Positions 26,017-36,546 of a DNA stretch of 64,000 bases are shown piece by piece; the stretch's first letter is position 1; every line of letters starts with the position of its first letter. This DNA is from Acidobacteriota bacterium. Lineage in GTDB: Bacteria; Acidobacteriota; UBA6911; RPQK01; DATIPO01. The stretch lies in the NCBI GenBank assembly GCA_035471925.1, contig DATIPO010000206.1, forward strand, positions 28,002-92,001. Reading direction: 5' to 3'. A program made the position numbers and the translations under genes. The notes below the pieces were generated by a model. The model had not been told where the DNA came from. It searched no databases and was given only the letters and a program-made list of their open reading frames with translations.

Positions 26017-28737
26017 TCAGGCTCCGAGGCGTTCCAGGCGGACGGCGCAGGCTTTGTACTCGGCGGTGTCGGTTGTGGGATCGTGGGCGTCGGTGGTGAG
26101 CAGGTTGATGGGAGCCTTGTCGGGAAAGGCAAAGCTGGAGAAGACCACTCCAGCGGGAGAGCGGTCGGTGACGCGCACTTGCAGGCGCAGCCGGCCGCGG
26201 CGCGAGACCACGTCGACCTCTTCCTCGTCGATGATGCCCAGGTCGGAGGCGTCCTGCGGACTCACTTCCAGCCACTCGTGGGGGGCGATCTTGTCGAATC
26301 CCAGGGCCCGCCCGGTTTGGGTGCCGGTGTGATAGGTGGCGCGGCGCCGTCCGGTTGTGAGGATGAAGGGGTACTCCTCATCGGGGGGTTCGGCAACGGG
26401 CGTATGGGGAACGGCCATGAAGCGTCCTTTGCCGGTGGGGAAGGTGCCTTCATGCAGGAAGCGGGTGCCGGGATGATCGCGGTCGGGGCAGGGCCACTGC
26501 AGCCCTTCCCGCTCGATGCGCTCGTAGCGGATGCCCCGCAACAGGGGAGTCAGGTCGGCTACTTCGTCCCAGATCTGGCGGGGATGGCGGTAGTCCCAAT
26601 GGTGTCCCATGGCGCGGGCCAGATCGCGCAGGATTTCCCAGTCGGCTTTGGCCTCGCCGGGCGGAGGCACGGCCTTGCGCACCCGCTGGACGCGCCGTTC
26701 CGTGTTGGTGTAGGTTCCGTCCACCTCGGCGAAGGCGGCGGCGGGAAGCACCACGTCGGCCATGCGCGCCGTCTCGGTCAGGAAGAGGTCTTGCACCACC
26801 ATCAAGTCGAGGGACTCCAGGGCTTGGCGTGTCTTGGACATGTTGGCGTCGGAGATCAGCGTGTTCTCGCCCATGATGAAGGCGGCCCGCACGCGTCCTT
26901 CCAAAATGGCGTCGAGAGCGCCCAGCTTGGTGAACCCGGGCTGAGGATCGAGGGTGCAGTCCCAGGCCTTTTCCCAGTGCCGTCGCGCCTCGGAGTCGAT
27001 GATCTTGGCGTAGCCGGGCAGCATGGCGGGCAGGCATCCCATGTCGCCAGCGCCCTGAACGTTGTTCTGTCCCCGCAACGGATTGACCCCTGCCGAGGGA
27101 ATTCCCAGGTTGCCGCACAGCAGGGCCAGATTGGCCAGCGATTGAACGTTGTGGACGCCGCAGGTGTGCTCGGTGAGTCCCAGGGTGTAGATGATGGCGG
27201 CGCGTTCGGCGCGGGCGTACTCGCGGGCGGCGGCCACGATCTCCCGCCGGGGGACGCCGGTGATGCGCTGGGCGCGTCCCGGCGTGTAGGACTCGACCAT
27301 GGCGGCCAGCTCTTCGATGCCTTCGGTGCGTTCCCGCACGAAGTCCTTGTCGTAGAGCTCCTCCTTGAGGATCACGCGGGCCATGGCGTTGAAGAGGGCA
27401 ATGTCGCTCCCGATCTTGAGGCGCAGCCAGCGGCTGGCAAAACGGGTCAGTTCGATGCCCCGCGGATCGGCCACGATCAGCTTGGCGCCCTTGGCTACCG
27501 CTTTTTTGACGCGCAGAGCCAGGACGGGGTGGCTCTCGGTGGTGTTGGTGCCGGCGGCCAAGATCAGCGGAGCGTCTTCCAGTTCGGCGATGGAATTGGT
27601 CATCGCCCCTCGTCCCATCATGGCCGCCAGACCGGCGACCGTGGGGGCGTGTCAGGTCCGTGCGCAGTTGTCGACGGCATTGGTGCCGATCACTGCGCGG
27701 GCGAACTTCTGCATCAGGTAATTGCTCTCGTTAGTGGAGCGCGAGGACGACCAGAAGACAAAGGCCTGGGGCCCGCTCTCCTGGCGGATTTGCCGGAACC
27801 GGCCGGAGACCAGGTCCAGCGCTTCGTCCCAGGACGCCTCCTGCAACCGGCCGTTGCGCCTGATCAGGGGACGGGTCAGCCGGTCGGCGCTGTGCAGGAA
27901 GTCGGTGCCGTACTGTCCCTTGACGCACAGCGAGCCGCGGTTGGCGGGAGCTTCCCAGTCGGGCAACACGCCCACCACGCGCTGCTGTGAGGTGCGCAGG
28001 CGCAGGCCGCATCCGGTGCCGCAGAAAGGACAGGTGGTGCGTACCTCTTCGATCTGCTCGGGTCCGGCGTGGAGGATATCCTGGGCATTCGCCGCCTTGC
28101 GGTCCATGAGCGCGCCCGTGGGGCAGACTTGGACGCACTGTCCGCAGAAGGTGCAGGGACTCTCCAGGAGGGGGCTCTCGAAGGGGGCGGCGATGCGGGT
28201 GCCGAATCCGCGTCCGGCGGGAGCGATGGCGTGGGCTTGCTCGATTTCGTTGCAGACCCGGGTGCAGCGGTAGCAGTAGATGCAGTGGCTGTAGTCGCGG
28301 TCGATGAAGGGGTTGTCGTCGTCGGGGGCTTGGCCGCTGGTGCCTCCGCCGGCAGCGGGTCGGTCGAGTTCGTACAGTTTGGCAAGCTGATGCAGTTGGC
28401 AGATTCCCAAGTCGCGGCAGCGGGGACAGGGTCCAGCGGGGATCTCGGAGAGCATCAGCGACAGGATGGTGCGCCGGTAGTCTTCCAATTCCTGGTCGGC
28501 CACGGTGATCTTCATACCCGGCTGGATGGCATGGGCGCATGAGGCCACTGGCGTGGCCAGGCCTTCGATTTTGACCAGGCACAGGCGGCAACTGGCCACG
28601 GCCGAAACCCGCTCGTCGGCGCACAGCGTGGGGATCCAGATGCCGGCCTTGTGAGCGGCTTGCAGGATGGTCTGTCCCGGCTGCGCCTCGACGGCTTGCC
28701 CGTCCAGCCAGGCTTGGTTTTTGGCGGCGTCATTCAT
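26017..28737 (-). CDS. fdhA: formate dehydrogenase alpha subunit, selenocysteine-containing (NAD-type FdsA/FdhF-like with N-terminal 2Fe-2S and 4Fe-4S domains); in-frame UGA at 27652..27654
   Basis: ORFs 27652..28992 and 26017..27621 are in the same frame, separated only by TGA. Read-through gives …[53 protein letters not shown]…, colinear with the E. coli FdhF Sec region (…[32 protein letters not shown]…GAMSNAINEID…). N-terminal Cys clusters (2Fe-2S, 4Fe-4S). Start at MNDAAKNQ (28737) overlaps the upstream gene by ATGA. Confidence 0.8.
27610..27651 (-). other. SECIS-like hairpin immediately 3' of the UGA-Sec codon
   Basis: mRNA: UGA CACGCCCCCAC-GGUCGCC-GGUCU-GGCGGCC-AUG… A 7-bp stem with one G·U pair and apical loop GGUCU, starting ~12 nt after UGA. 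Comparable in loop sequence and spacing to the fdhF SECIS. Confidence 0.5.
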
Positions 28738-30566
28738 GAGCGGCCTCCTCCAAAGCAGACGCCGTTGCGGCAGCGTCCGTGGCGGTGTTCTTTGACCTCC
28801 TCGGCGCAGGACTCCAGCAGCCCGCGCACGATCAGGGGGACGCTGCGACCCAGTCCGCAGGCCGAGGCCGAACGCATGGTTTGCAGCAGCGGATCCAGGT
28901 GCTCCCCCCAATCCGCGCCGGTGGCGACGGAGCTGGTCAGCGCGTCGAAATGCTCGCGCAGCCGGACCGTCCCGATGCGGCAGGGGGAGCATCGTCCGCA
29001 GCTCTCGCTCTCGTAAAAGAGCAAGCAGCGGCGAACGAAATCGAGCGGACAGGCCGCGAGGTCGAGAACGACCACCCCGCCCGATCCCAGGAAAAAGCCT
29101 TCTTTTGCGGGATGCTCGAAGTCGAGAGGCATGTCGAGGTATTGGGAGCCCAGAAAGCCGCCTGAGATACCGCCCAACGTGAAGGCCTTGACGGGACTGT
29201 GGATCGTCCCGCCGGCGTACTTCTCGATGAGTTCACGGGCGGTTACGCCCAGTGGCAGCTCGTAGTTGCCGGGACGCTTGACGCATCCGCTGACCGAGTA
29301 GATTTTGCTTCCCCTGGCTTGGCCGCGGCCGAGCCCCGCGAACCACTCGGCTCCGCGCCCCAGGATGGCGGGGACGGCGGCCAGCGTTTCCACGTTGTTG
29401 ATGACGGTGGGGCGTCCGAAAAGTCCGGCTTGGGTGGGGAAGGGAGGCTTTTCGCGTGGCCAGGGCATGCCTCCTTCCAGCGAATTGAGCAGGGCCGTCT
29501 CTTCGCCGCACACGTAGGATCCGGCTCCCCGCCGGATCTCGATGCGGAAGTCGCCCAGGAGTCCTTTTTCGGCTGCCTCTTCGATGGCGCCCCTGAGGAT
29601 CTGCTCGGCCTTCGGATACTCGTAGCGCAAGTAGATGATGCCCCGCGTCGAACCCACAATCCGTCCGCAAAGTGCCATGCCTTCGATGAGCCGATGGGGG
29701 ACCAAGTGGAGGATGGCCCGGTCTTTGAAGGTTCCCGGCTCGCCTTCGTCGGCGTTGCAGACGACGTACTTGGGAATGGAGGCTTCCTGGCGCACCGCCT
29801 TCCATTTGACGGCCACGGGAAAGCCGGCCCCGCCCATTCCCCTAAGTCCGCTGTCGTGCAGGGTCTGGAGCGCTTCCCCGGCCCCCAGTTGGCCCTCCAG
29901 CAACCGCTTCATTTGGCGGTATCCGTCCACGTTGAGGTAGTCGTCCAGAGATTCGCCCCCGGGCCTCACGGCTTGACCGAAGACGGCGCCGTCCTCGGCA
30001 ACCACGGGTGGCGCGAACACCTGACCGGTTGAGGGAGCCTCAACTGGAGCGAGTCCTTCGACCGGCCCCAACGCCCGAAAAACCACACCCTCCCGCCGCG
30101 CCGGACCATAGTCGCACAGCCCTGGGCAAGCGGTGGTGGCGCATTCCCTGGAGGGTCCAGAGGCCTCGCCTTCACCCCAGGCCGCCGCACTTCCGTTCCT
30201 CTGGGGCCCGGCGTCCGGCGACGTCTCCTGGTGAGCCTCATGCGCCGTTGTTTCTGCCTTGGTCCCAGGTCTGTCTGGCTTCTCCGTTTCTCCCGCGATC
30301 TCACCGCCCAGCGAACGCAGGATCCCGCAGACAGGCCCCTCACAGCGTTCGGCTGGCGCTTCCTCCGGCCGGGTGAGGAAGTAATGGTAGAAATCGACCG
30401 CTCCCCAGGCTTCGGCGGTGGACACTCCGCACTTCGACGCCACTTCCTCCACCGCTTGGCGGCTCAAAAAGCCGGCCTCGGCCTGACGCTCATGAAGCTG
30501 ACTCAGAAACGGCGCCCAATCTCGCGGCATATGCACCTCTCCACCTGCGCTGTTGTCGATGCTCAT
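28734..30566 (-). CDS. formate dehydrogenase beta subunit, fused NuoE-like (2Fe-2S thioredoxin-like) + NuoF-like (FMN/NAD-binding, 4Fe-4S) domains (FdsG-FdsB fusion)
   Basis: ORF 28734..30809. Likely start MSIDNSAGGEV (30566). NuoE-like Cys motifs (CEGPVCGIL…ACPGLCDYGPA). NuoF-like glycine-rich NADH loop (GLRGMGGAGFPV), FMN site (CNADEGEPGTFKDR), 4Fe-4S (ESCGRCSPCR). Confidence 0.8.
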   Translation of the reverse strand: MSIDNSAGGEVHMPRDWAPFLSQLHERQAEAGFLSRQAVEEVASKCGVSTAEAWGAVDFYHYFLTRPEEAPAERCEGPVCGILRSLGGEIAGETEKPDRPGTKAETTAHEAHQETSPDAGPQRNGSAAAWGEGEASGPSRECATTACPGLCDYGPARREGVVFRALGPVEGLAPVEAPSTGQVFAPPVVAEDGAVFGQAVRPGGESLDDYLNVDGYRQMKRLLEGQLGAGEALQTLHDSGLRGMGGAGFPVAVKWKAVRQEASIPKYVVCNADEGEPGTFKDRAILHLVPHRLIEGMALCGRIVGSTRGIIYLRYEYPKAEQILRGAIEEAAEKGLLGDFRIEIRRGAGSYVCGEETALLNSLEGGMPWPREKPPFPTQAGLFGRPTVINNVETLAAVPAILGRGAEWFAGLGRGQARGSKIYSVSGCVKRPGNYELPLGVTARELIEKYAGGTIHSPVKAFTLGGISGGFLGSQYLDMPLDFEHPAKEGFFLGSGGVVVLDLAACPLDFVRRCLLFYESESCGRCSPCRIGTVRLREHFDALTSSVATGADWGEHLDPLLQTMRSASACGLGRSVPLIVRGLLESCAEEVKEHRHGRCRNGVCFGGGRS

Positions 30567-30914
30567 GAGTGTGCAACCCCCATGCCACCCCTCCTTCGCC
30601 GATTCTACCCGTCTGCCCCCGTCCCTTGAGCACAATCCCCCACCCCCGCGCCATTTCACGCGGCAGGCGCTTTGGCTCAATGCACAGGCTTTGGAGGCCT
30701 GGACGAAACTGTCCCGCCTCGACAATTGACCCTGCAAGCCCGGAATCGGCGTCAGGACGACGTTGCCGGATCTCAGCCCTGTTGTTTCCGAGTACCCCCA
30801 AGGGCCCATCGCGCTTTTGGTCGAGTTTCAACGCCGCCAGTGCTCGTGACTCGCTAAGATGAGGCCGTCAGCAAGATTGGGCGCTTGGGCACCGGAATTT
30901 AGGGAGGCAAGCCG

Positions 30915-31433
30915 ATGTTAGCTGTACGAAGCCTGATGTGGACCGTCATTGCTCCGGGAACCGTGACCCTGCTCATCCCCTATCTCATCGTTACCCGATG
31001 GAGCCCGGCAAGTATCGGTTCCTGGGGGACGCTGCAGTTTTTCGCTTTGACCGTGATTACGTTGGGAGCCGCGGTGCTGTTCCACTGCATCTGGAACTTT
31101 GCCGCCCGGGGCCGGGGGACGCTTTCGCCTTTGGACGCGCCGCGGCGGCTGGTGGTCGAGGGCCTCTATCGCCGCATGAGAAACCCGATGTATGTGGGAG
31201 TCCTGACGATCCTGCTGGGGGAGGCCGTGCTCTTCCAATCCCTGGTCCTGGTCGGGTATGCTTTGTGTTGGTTCGGTTTGGTGAATCTGGTGATCGTCTT
31301 TTATGAAGAGCCCGCTCTGAGGAGGAAGTTCGGACGATCCTACCAACACTACTGCCGTCATGTCGGTCGATGGTTCCCCGGCAGGCGGTACTCTGGGGAC
31401 GAGAAAGATGGAGAAGGCTACCAGGCAGGTTGA
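30915..31433 (+). CDS. isoprenylcysteine carboxyl methyltransferase (ICMT)/phospholipid methyltransferase family membrane protein
   Basis: 172 aa, 4-5 TM. C-terminal motif RRMRNPMYVGVL…YEEPALRRKFG typical of the ICMT/PEMT family. Confidence 0.7.
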   Translation: MLAVRSLMWTVIAPGTVTLLIPYLIVTRWSPASIGSWGTLQFFALTVITLGAAVLFHCIWNFAARGRGTLSPLDAPRRLVVEGLYRRMRNPMYVGVLTILLGEAVLFQSLVLVGYALCWFGLVNLVIVFYEEPALRRKFGRSYQHYCRHVGRWFPGRRYSGDEKDGEGYQAG

Positions 31434-32730
31434 AACCGTCGATGCAGAATCGCTGAGGCGGGAGCAGTCGGCTCATTTGTTTCCGGTGGTGAAGTCCTTT
31501 TACCGTGAGCCGCTGGTCCTGCACCGGGGCCAGGGTGTTTGGCTGTGGGACGTCGAGGGCGAGAAGTACCTGGACCTTTTCGCCGGCATCCTCACCACTT
31601 CGCTGGGCCATGCCCATCCCGAGGTGGTGGAGCGGGTGCGCGAGCAGGTGGGACGCTTGGGGCATACCTCTACGCTTTACCTGACCGAACCGCAGGTTTC
31701 GGTGGCGCGGCGGCTCTCGGGGTTGGCTCCCCAAGGACTCACCCGCACCTTCTTCACCAACAGCGGAACCGAGGCTGTCGAGACGGCCATCTTGACGGCC
31801 CGCCTCCACACCGGACGCAGCGAAATCGTGGCCTTGCGCCACGCCTACTCAGGACGCAGCCTGCTGGCCACCACCATCACCGCTCACGCCTCTTGGCGTC
31901 CGGCGGGAGGAATCGCTGCCGGCGTGGTGCATGCCCGTTCGCCCTACGCCTACCGCTGCCCCTTCCGGCGTCCTTGCGACGAAAGCTGCATCGACAAGTT
32001 CATCGACGACCTGGTGGAGGTCATCGAAACCACCACGACAGGACATCCGGCGGCCCTGATGTTCGAGCCCATCCAGGGCGTGGGAGGCTACATCGTGCTT
32101 CCTGACGAATACATGCGCCGGGCCGCTGAACTCATCCGCTCTTACGGCGGACTGCTCATCGTCGACGAAATCCAAACCGGCTTCGGGCGCACCGGCAAGC
32201 ACTGGTGGGGCATCGACCACGCTGGCGTTGCGCCCGACATCATGGTCATGGCCAAGGGCCTGGCCGCCGGATTCCCCGCCGCTGCCACCATGGCACGCGA
32301 AGAGGTCGCAGCCGCCTGGAACGTCAAGTCGATCTCTACCTTCGGCGGCAACCCCATCGCCATGGCGGCCGCCGACGCCACCATTCAGGTCATGCAGCGT
32401 GAAGACACCCCGGCGCGATGTGCCGACCGCGGACGCCAGCTCACCCAGGGCTTGCGGTCCCTCCAGCAGCAATACCCCTGGATCGGCGATGCCCGCGGTC
32501 GAGGACTCATGCAGGCTATCGAGCTGGTGCACCCGGACGACGAATCTCCCGATCCCGAACGCGCCTTGGCGTTGCTCGAAGCCACCCGCCGGGAGCGCCT
32601 CCTGGTGGGCCTGGGCGGACTCAACAACAACGTCATCCGCATCGGCCCCTCTCTGCTTATCGAAGACGAGGAACTGGCCGAAGGCCTGCTCCGTCTCCGC
32701 CGAGCCTGCGCCGCGGTTGATGCGGACTAG
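31408..32730 (+). CDS. class III (aspartate aminotransferase family) PLP-dependent aminotransferase
   Basis: ORF 31360..32730. Start likely the ATG at 31408 (MEKATRQV) or at 31360. Motifs: LDLFAGILTTSLGHAHPEV, DEIQTGFGRTGKHWW, MVMAKGLAAGFP (PLP-lysine). Confidence 0.8.
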   Translation: MEKATRQVETVDAESLRREQSAHLFPVVKSFYREPLVLHRGQGVWLWDVEGEKYLDLFAGILTTSLGHAHPEVVERVREQVGRLGHTSTLYLTEPQVSVARRLSGLAPQGLTRTFFTNSGTEAVETAILTARLHTGRSEIVALRHAYSGRSLLATTITAHASWRPAGGIAAGVVHARSPYAYRCPFRRPCDESCIDKFIDDLVEVIETTTTGHPAALMFEPIQGVGGYIVLPDEYMRRAAELIRSYGGLLIVDEIQTGFGRTGKHWWGIDHAGVAPDIMVMAKGLAAGFPAAATMAREEVAAAWNVKSISTFGGNPIAMAAADATIQVMQREDTPARCADRGRQLTQGLRSLQQQYPWIGDARGRGLMQAIELVHPDDESPDPERALALLEATRRERLLVGLGGLNNNVIRIGPSLLIEDEELAEGLLRLRRACAAVDAD

Positions 32731-32995
32731 TGCCGGGCGCACCAGCGTCTACTGAACGCGGAGATGTTTGAGAACAGCCCGCCGGTCCTGGGATTCGCCG
32801 ACACTTTGATCTCCGGCTTTTGCCAGGGCCGTCTACGCTGCTTTTTCTGATGGCGCTTTGACTGAGCGGGACCGCGTCCACTGGCATCCGAGGATTCCCC
32901 TCATCCGGCCCCGAGGCGGACAAGTTGTCCGCTGACCGAGACGCCTTCGGCATCGCCCTCGACGTTCAAGCTGCCCCCGAGTCCTGCCCCGCTTT

Positions 32996-33886
32996 TTAAG
33001 GAAGTTTCGGAAGTCGGCAGGCTCGAGAGTCGATCTCGGCCCAGGGATCGGACTTTTGGGCCAGTCGGCGGAAGAGGTTCTTCAAGTTGTAGAACTTGGG
33101 ATCGAGGCCGGGGAGTTCGTCCCAGTCGACGGGGGTGGCCACTGGAGCGCCGGGGCGGGCCCGAAGGCTATAGGGGGCCACCGAGGTTTGAGCGTAGGCG
33201 TTGCGGTAGAAATCGATGAAGACACGCTGGCCGCGTTTGGCTTTGCGGCTGGCTACGGTGAGTTTGTCGGGATGCTTGCCCGCCAACTCTTCGGCCACTC
33301 CGCGGGCGTAGGAGCGCACGTGCTCGAAGTGGTGTTCGCGGCGCAGGGGCACGACCACGTGGAATCCGCGTGAACCGGTGGTCATGAGGAAAGGGTCCAA
33401 CTCGTCCTGGCGAAGGCGCTGGCCCACGGCGCGGGTGGCGAAGCGGGTCAAGGCAGGGTCGTCGCCGGAAGGATCAAGGTCGAAGATCAGCCGGTCGGGA
33501 CGCTTCAGATCGTCCTTGCGGCCCAGCCAGATGTGCGGCGTCAGGCAGCCTTGATTGGCCAGATAGACCAAGGTGGCGGCATCATTGCAGACTACGTGAC
33601 GGACCGTGCCGCCCTCTTTCGGCACCTCCACCGTTTCAATCCAGTCTGGGAAGTAGTCGGGCGCGTCCTTGTGGTACCAGCCGCCGGAGGCGATACCGTC
33701 TGGAAATCGCTGCATGGTCAGCGGACGGTCCTTCATATGCGGCAGCATCACCTCCGCTACCCGCCGGTAATACTCCACCACCTCGCCCTTCGTGATCCCC
33801 GCCTCGGGAAAAAACACCTTGTCGCGGTTCGAGAGCGAGATGTCCCTTCCGTCGATGATGACCTTCTGAGGGTCCTTGGATGCCAT
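32996..33886 (-). CDS. stand-alone LigD-type primase-polymerase (NHEJ polymerase) domain protein
   Basis: 296 aa matching the LigD Pol domain (…DRLIFDLDPSGDD…GSRGFHVVVPL…). No ligase, nuclease or Ku gene adjacent. Confidence 0.7.
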   Translation of the reverse strand: MASKDPQKVIIDGRDISLSNRDKVFFPEAGITKGEVVEYYRRVAEVMLPHMKDRPLTMQRFPDGIASGGWYHKDAPDYFPDWIETVEVPKEGGTVRHVVCNDAATLVYLANQGCLTPHIWLGRKDDLKRPDRLIFDLDPSGDDPALTRFATRAVGQRLRQDELDPFLMTTGSRGFHVVVPLRREHHFEHVRSYARGVAEELAGKHPDKLTVASRKAKRGQRVFIDFYRNAYAQTSVAPYSLRARPGAPVATPVDWDELPGLDPKFYNLKNLFRRLAQKSDPWAEIDSRACRLPKLP

Positions 33887-34067
33887 GGCTACGGTTGCTC
33901 CCGCCTCTATTCTACAAGCGATTCCACTGCCAGTCTGTTAGACAGGACCTGCTGCTGCGGACCTGTCAAGCCCTGTAGCGGAAACAGGAGCAAACAGGCT
34001 CTGGACCAGCATCCTCGCTCATAGGCCGCCCAAACTTTTTCCCGTCGAGTCCGGCCAGTTACTTGAT

Positions 34068-36275
34068 TCAAAACTCGAAGGCGTAGCGCAGGGAGGCGTA
34101 GACGGCGAAGGGGTTGCCGGGGATGACGGATTGGCTGCTGAATCCACGGGTTTCGTAGTCAGTGTCGCCAATGTTGTCGAAGTTGACGGCCAAGCGCCAG
34201 CGGTTGATCCGGTAGGAGGCCATGGCGTTGACCAAGACGTAGTCGTCGATGGCGAAAGCGTTGTCTTCGGCGATGAACTGCTCGCTGACATAGCGGACGC
34301 CGGCTCCCAGGCCGAACCCGTTGAGGAATTCCTTGTGGGTCCACAGGTTGAAGAGGTGATCGGGGGCGAAGGCCGGTTGGTTGCCGGAACGGTCGACCAC
34401 GATGAACTGCGGCGGAACCTGCGAGATCTGGACGCGTTCGTTGAAGCTGGTCAGTTCGGCATCGTTGAAGGCGTAAGAGGCATAGGTGAACCAGTTGGGC
34501 AGGATCTCGGCCGAGAGTTCAAGCTCCACGCCGCGCGAACGCTGGTCGCCGTTCTGGGTGGTGACGCCGTTGTCGTCGAAGATGGCGATGTTCTCGCGCT
34601 CGGTCTGGTAGATGGCCAGGCTGGCCAGGAAGCGGCCGTTGAGAAAGCTGTTCTTGATGCCGCCCTCGTAATTGCGTCCGGTCTCGGGTTCGCGGGGCTG
34701 GGTTGTGAGGGTGGAGGGAGGCGCGAAGCTCCGTCCGGCCGAGGCGTAGAGGCTGAGTCCCGCGACCGGCTCCACCACGATTCCGCCCATGGGCGAGAAT
34801 TCGTTGTCGCCGCGCTCAAGGTTGTTGACGGGGTCTTCGAAGTCGATGTGGTCGAAGCGTCCGCCCACGAAGATCTGCACAGCGTCGGAAAAGACGATGC
34901 GGTCGAGCACGTAAGGAGCGAAGACCAAGCTGCGGGCGTCTCCGCGCTGGGATTGGCCTTGGATGGGTATCAAGAATTCCCGTTGAGCGAACTCAGTGGG
35001 ATTAAACAGGTCGATGGGGGGCAGGAAAAAATTGTCGAGGGAGAACTGGTCGTCAAGCTTGGCGGTCTCGAGTCCGAAGACGAACTCATGACGCAGGCTG
35101 CCGGTCTGGGCCTGGACTAGAAACTCGGCTTGGTTGCCCGTGAAGCGCTGCTTGTCGTCGAGGGCTGAGAAGACGCGGAAGACATCGGTCCCGCCCTGCT
35201 GGTTGGGAAAGGCGCCGGCGAAGAGGGTGCCGTCAGAGGTCCAGTCGAGGTCGCTGATATAGAACTTGTTGCGGAAGGTGACCCGGTCGGAAATCCGGTG
35301 GCTCCATTCGGCGCGGAAGCGGTGGATGTCCTGTTCGGAGGTGTCGAAGGGCGACTGGAAGGAAGTTTCCCGGTCAATGTTGGGAATCTCTCCGAAGAGC
35401 AGCGGAATCCCCGCGTCGGGCTCGAACTTGTTGCGCACGTACTCAAAGTTCATGCTCAGCGTGCTGGCGTCGCTGATCTTCCAGGTGAAGGCCGGGTTGA
35501 AGGCCGTCAGGTAGCTGTCTTTTTCGTCGCGGTAGTTCTCGGCGTCCTGGTGAGTGCCGTTGAAGCGGAAGGCGATCTCGCCCGAGGGATCGACCACGTT
35601 GACATCGAAGCGTCCGCGGAAGGTGTGAAAGCTTCCGCCGGTGAGCTCGACTTCGGCGAAGTTGCGGTTGAAGAGCGGCTGCTTGCGCACCAAGTTAACG
35701 GTTCCCGAAAGGGCATTGGCTCCGTAGAGGAAGGCGGCCGGTCCGCGCAGGACCTCCACCCGCTCCACGTTGTAGAGCTGGTAGTAGGTGGACTCGGGCT
35801 CGGGGGTGCCGTCGATCAGGACCAGGCCGGTGCTGAGGTTGTCAAAACCGCGCACGGTGAAGAAGTCGAAGATGCCGAAGCCGGTCTGGGCGTTGACTCC
35901 GGCGGCATTTCGCAAAGCGTCTCCCAGCACCACGGCGTTTTGGGCCTCCAGGACGCCTTCGTCCACCACGCTCACCGAGAGAGGCGTTTTGTGCAGGTCG
36001 ACGGCCATTTTGGCGGCCGTGGTGCTCTGCGAAGGCACGGCCTCCACCCGTCCGCGTACGGTCACCGTGGTGTCCGGGCCCTGAACTTGCCCATTGTCGG
36101 CCTTGTTGGCGGATTCTTCTTCGGTGTCATCGGAAGACTTGACCGCAGCCTCTTGTGCGGAGGGCGGTTTGGCACCCTGCTTCTGAGTGGACGGTTCCTG
36201 CTCGGCCTGGGCCCAAGCCACGGTCAGCAAGAGGGCCAGACACCTGATCGATACGACCAAAAACTTATTCTTCAC
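34068..36275 (-). CDS. TonB-dependent outer-membrane receptor (siderophore-type)
   Basis: 735 aa with a GTG start and a GGAGAG RBS. Signal peptide, plug domain (TonB-box region), 22-strand barrel. C-terminal AVYASLRYAFEF with terminal Phe. Confidence 0.85.
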   Translation of the reverse strand: MKNKFLVVSIRCLALLLTVAWAQAEQEPSTQKQGAKPPSAQEAAVKSSDDTEEESANKADNGQVQGPDTTVTVRGRVEAVPSQSTTAAKMAVDLHKTPLSVSVVDEGVLEAQNAVVLGDALRNAAGVNAQTGFGIFDFFTVRGFDNLSTGLVLIDGTPEPESTYYQLYNVERVEVLRGPAAFLYGANALSGTVNLVRKQPLFNRNFAEVELTGGSFHTFRGRFDVNVVDPSGEIAFRFNGTHQDAENYRDEKDSYLTAFNPAFTWKISDASTLSMNFEYVRNKFEPDAGIPLLFGEIPNIDRETSFQSPFDTSEQDIHRFRAEWSHRISDRVTFRNKFYISDLDWTSDGTLFAGAFPNQQGGTDVFRVFSALDDKQRFTGNQAEFLVQAQTGSLRHEFVFGLETAKLDDQFSLDNFFLPPIDLFNPTEFAQREFLIPIQGQSQRGDARSLVFAPYVLDRIVFSDAVQIFVGGRFDHIDFEDPVNNLERGDNEFSPMGGIVVEPVAGLSLYASAGRSFAPPSTLTTQPREPETGRNYEGGIKNSFLNGRFLASLAIYQTERENIAIFDDNGVTTQNGDQRSRGVELELSAEILPNWFTYASYAFNDAELTSFNERVQISQVPPQFIVVDRSGNQPAFAPDHLFNLWTHKEFLNGFGLGAGVRYVSEQFIAEDNAFAIDDYVLVNAMASYRINRWRLAVNFDNIGDTDYETRGFSSQSVIPGNPFAVYASLRYAFEF

Positions 36276-36546
36276 GATGCTCTCTCCACCTTATCGTTAG
36301 GAGCGCTTCCTGCGCCCTGATCCATCACATTTCGTCTCAGGCTGAACGGCGTCCTTGCCGGGTCAGCCATCGGACCTGCTTTCAAAGCACTGGATATTAG
36401 CAGGTTCGTCCTCACAACGAAGGGAACACCCGGTTCGTTCCATTCAAGACACTCTCTTTGGGGGTCTGCCTCTCTTGGCCTGTGCCCGATTCGTTGGCTG
36501 GAAACGCTATTTCACGCTTTCAGCGTTCTTTCTTCTGGCAGCCCGT

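Noticed and set aside
26083-27990. 635-aa plus-strand ORF
   Set aside because: Antisense to the Sec-FdhA gene; Gly/Ala/Val-rich, no domain.
31057-32742. Minus-strand ORFs 31057..31842 and 31849..32742
   Set aside because: Antisense to ICMT and aminotransferase genes.
34131-36320. Plus-strand ORFs 34131..35120 and 35298..36320
   Set aside because: Antisense to the TonB-dependent receptor gene.
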